This document shows, one piece after another, positions 60,812-64,000 of a DNA stretch of 64,000 nt. The stretch comes from Octopus sinensis (lineage: Eukaryota). Position numbers and translations under genes: made by a program. Under the pieces are notes generated by a model that saw nothing but the letters and a program-made list of their open reading frames with translations, was not told the origin of the DNA and did not search any database. The first letter of the stretch is position 1, and every line of letters begins with the position of its first letter. The stretch lies in assembly GCF_006345805.1 (NCBI RefSeq), contig NC_043020.1, positions 11,966,001 to 12,030,000 on the forward strand, given 5' to 3'.

Positions 60812-61172
60812 TTCGGTCATCGGAGAACGACCAGCCACACAAAGCGAAGATGGCATTCCAAAGGCTGGAGCAGTTTGAATGGGAGACGATCCCCCACACA
60901 GCAAATCCGCAGGAGATTGCCCCCCCCCCTGATTAACACTTACAGTCTTCAAAATCATTTACTCTTTACACTTTACTCTCTCTTTTACTTGTTTCAGTCA
61001 TTTGACTGCGGCCATGCTGGAGCACCGCCTTTAATCGGGCAAATCGACCCCGGGACTTATTCTTTGTAAGCCCAGTACTTATTATGTTGGTCACTTTTGC
61101 CGAACCGCTAAGTGACGGGGACGTAAACACACCAGCATCGGTTGTCAAGCAATGCTAGGGGGACAAACACAG

Positions 61173-61236
<64 letters not shown>

Positions 61237-61640
61237 TATACATATATACGACAAGCTTCTTTCAGTTTCCGTCTACCAAAACCACTCACAAGGCATTTGT
61301 CGGCCCGGGGCTATACCAGAAGACACTTGACCAAGATGCCACGCAGTGGGATTGAACCCGGAACCATGTGGTTGGTTAGCAAGCTACTTACCACCCAGCC
61401 ACTCCTGCGCCTAGTATTTTGAAGAAATAATATGAATTATGTAGACGAGGTCAGAACAGATCTGGAAGAGTATTTTTCGTCACAGACAAGGGAATTTTGG
61501 AAGAGGGGTCTAGCAAGTCTACCAGATAGATGGAAGAGCATTGTAGAAAATGAAGGAGAGTATATTTTAGATATTTAAATAGAACTTTATCTTAATTTTA
61601 AAAGGTATAAAAAAACCGCATTATTTTCGGGATGACTCTG
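60812..61640 (+). mobile_element. Mariner transposase relic split by a SINE insertion (60962-61413)
   Basis: ENDQPHKAK...WETIPHTANPQEIAPPD resembles DNARPH...WEVLPHPPYSPDLAPSD. After the SINE comes EEYFSSQTREFWKRGLASLPDRWKSIVENEGEYI*, followed by a TIR-like end. Confidence 0.8.
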
Positions 61641-61998
61641 TATATATATATATGTGTGTGTGTGTGGGGGGGTGTTCGTGTGTGTGTGTGTGTGTGTGTG
61701 AGGCGCAATGGCCCAGTTGTTAGGGCAGCGGACTCGCGGGCGTAGGATCGCGGTTTCGATTCCCAGACCAGGCGTTGTGAGTGTTTATTGAACGAAAACA
61801 CCTTAAGCTCCTCGAGGTACCGGCAGGGGGTGGTTGCAATCCCCGCTGTACTCTTTCGCCACAACTTTCTCTCACTCTATCTTCTGTTGGCCTGTCCGCT
61901 TAGCCAGCGGGGTGGCGTCATTTGAAGGCTGAAACAATGCGAAGCGCCTTGTGACCAGCGATGTGTAGCAACATCTGTAAGCCTGGTGGGTCACAGTG

Positions 61999-62033
<35 letters not shown>

Positions 62034-62065
62034 TGTATGTATGGGAATGCATATGTATATTTTTT

Positions 62066-62100
<35 letters not shown>

Positions 62101-62117
62101 GAATGCATATATGTTTT

Positions 62118-62166
<49 letters not shown>

Positions 62167-62259
62167 CATACATATATGTATACGGATGTATGTATGTATA
62201 TATATATGTATGTATGTACTTATATATGTATGTATATGAATGCATATGTATATTTTTGT

Positions 62260-62300
<41 letters not shown>

Positions 62301-62480
62301 ATAAATAATAAAGGGTGAAATTATTAATTTAGAAATAATCATTAATATCACCAAATAGAGTTCGACATGTTAAAGACCCCTTCAAGGAAGGTTTAAATAA
62401 TACTAAGTACTTAAGGGTTCAGCAACGATTTGCCTCACTACATGTATGGATGTATTTATGTATGTCCTGCCAGTACCGCC

Positions 62481-62910
62481 AAAATTAATATAGGGACGCA
62501 AGTGAAATTTTAGTAGAGCCATGTCCATTGAACCATCCAAAACATTTTCAGACTCATGGTTAAAAACAAATAAACCCCCTACAAGTATGAATTTTGATGG
62601 AGCAGAACAAGAAGCGATGAGTTGTTCGTCAGACATAGGTAGCTGGACAGCTGCTAGTGTAACATTTGAAACGCCTGAACAAAAGATGAGAGCTTTGAGA
62701 CCTGTGATCTCTAAACAGACGCTAGACATGGAAAGATTTACAATGAGTGCAGAAGAAGAGAGAAAAATTTCTAATGTTGCAGTGAAAGACCTCAATCAGG
62801 TCGAAGAAGAAGATGTTTAAGAAAATTCCACGGAGTAAACCAGTTCTTACAAGCAAGAGAACCAAAAGGCAGGACGATTTTATGGAAAGTATGTGTGTAA
62901 GATTTCATAA
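62481..62910 (+). pseudogene. Orphan 3' fragment of a B1-type PDE gene (tail only); flank homology continues to ~63170
   Basis: Matches B1 ~23802-24272 with a 41-bp deletion and several 1-nt deletions. No matching catalytic or GAF sequence lies upstream. Confidence 0.9.
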
Positions 62911-63168
62911 TTAATTATTGAGCAACAAACATTTGTATTAGCTGAAACACTGCAAACGAAAAAGCAAACGTAAATAAATAATATGTACGTGAATATATGT
63001 ATACTTGTTTGTGATTGTATGTATATATGTATGTATATATGTATGTATATAATCAGTTAGTTGTCCATAAGTCACACTCAATATTACTAAGTGCAATAGC
63101 CAGCGCGAAACCAACGGTGACATTCTGTCCTGTTATATACCATAAAAAGTAATATAGTACTCGACAAC

Positions 63169-63199
<31 letters not shown>

Positions 63200-63306
63200 T
63201 GTATGTATGTATGTATGTATGTATGTATGTATGTATGTATGTATGTATGTATGTATGTATCTATCTATCTATCTATCTATCTGTCTTTCTCTCTGTCTGT
63301 CTGTCG

Positions 63307-63340
<34 letters not shown>

Positions 63341-63344
63341 GTAT

Positions 63345-64000
63345 CCCATGCCGTGGTTGATGATGCGCACACACGCGCTGAGACTGCGACATCTCAGTCT
63401 CTTCGTAGACGACGGTGAACAGGTGTGGTCGCCGTTTGTGAGGCACGCTTTCCCGCAGCTCGTCTCCATTACCGACCTGCAGTCGTGGATCAAAAAGAGG
63501 CCGAGGAAGGGTGAATGGCACCGCGAGTGTCGCGTTGCTCTCAAGCAACTCTGCCGTCCTGTGTCGACCTTGAGTGACCTCATCACAACCAAAGCATTCT
63601 ATAGGGGATTAGTGGAGGGGAGGTACGACGACCAGCTCGGGGCGAACCTGGACGTCGACGAGGAGTACCTGACCCGCTTGTTCGGGACGACTTTCGGGCC
63701 AAGGCCCATGGACAACTTCCAGAGATCCCTGACCTGGCAGTGCTACCAAGAAGCGCTACCCGTTCGGGATAAGCTCTACAGACACGGCTCGAGAAACACG
63801 GGGCCGACCTGCCCGAGATGCAGTCAGAGCGACGAAACCGTTCTGCACGCACTCGTGCAGTGTCCAACAATTTCCGACCTGTGGGCTTATGTCGAGCAAC
63901 TGCTGTCACGTGTGGGACGAGTCGGTTTATCAGCTGAGTCTATCGTCAATATTGTCATGCCTCCTTCCTTCAAACGGGAAGAAAGAGCTATTTTCATCAT
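63345..64000 (+). mobile_element. 5'-truncated Tx1-clade LINE fragment (same family as 25171-27460), running off the window
   Basis: MPWLMMRTHALRLRHL...DGEQVWSPFVRHAFPQLVS and CPRCSQSDETVLHALVQC. Confidence 0.9.

Overview
Animal genomic DNA, most likely an octopus or related coleoid cephalopod. This is inferred from the tRNA-derived SINE families, RTE/Tx1 LINEs, Penelope-type repeats and very dense TA/TATG/GATA microsatellites. The window is dominated by a head-to-tail (+ strand) array of intronless GAF-GAF-PDEase (PDE5/6/11-family) phosphodiesterase genes: three near-identical type A copies (3031, 11383, 47598), two type B genes (21169, 57047), one type C gene (27896) and an orphan 3' tail (62481). 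The B genes share their upstream region and GAF half but have different catalytic domains and tails. All types keep the metal-binding His/Asp residues and show PDE6-like sequence signatures. All also carry a long tail with several TQT-type (LC8-like) motifs, end in a polybasic + CaaX motif (after repairing single-base deletions in A1 and C) and have a CRE-like element upstream. B1 has Glu in place of the invariant substrate-binding Gln. The intergenic DNA contains a ~9.7 kb segmental duplication, a 100-N gap, an RTE LINE with a tandemly amplified 3' UTR, Tx1 LINE copies, mariner and gypsy relics, SINEs and MITEs. It also contains several minimal type I hammerhead-like motifs, including U3-A8 and G3-C8 compensatory core variants. 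Recurrent 1-nt deletions suggest an imperfectly polished assembly, so frameshifts and copy number need read-level confirmation.
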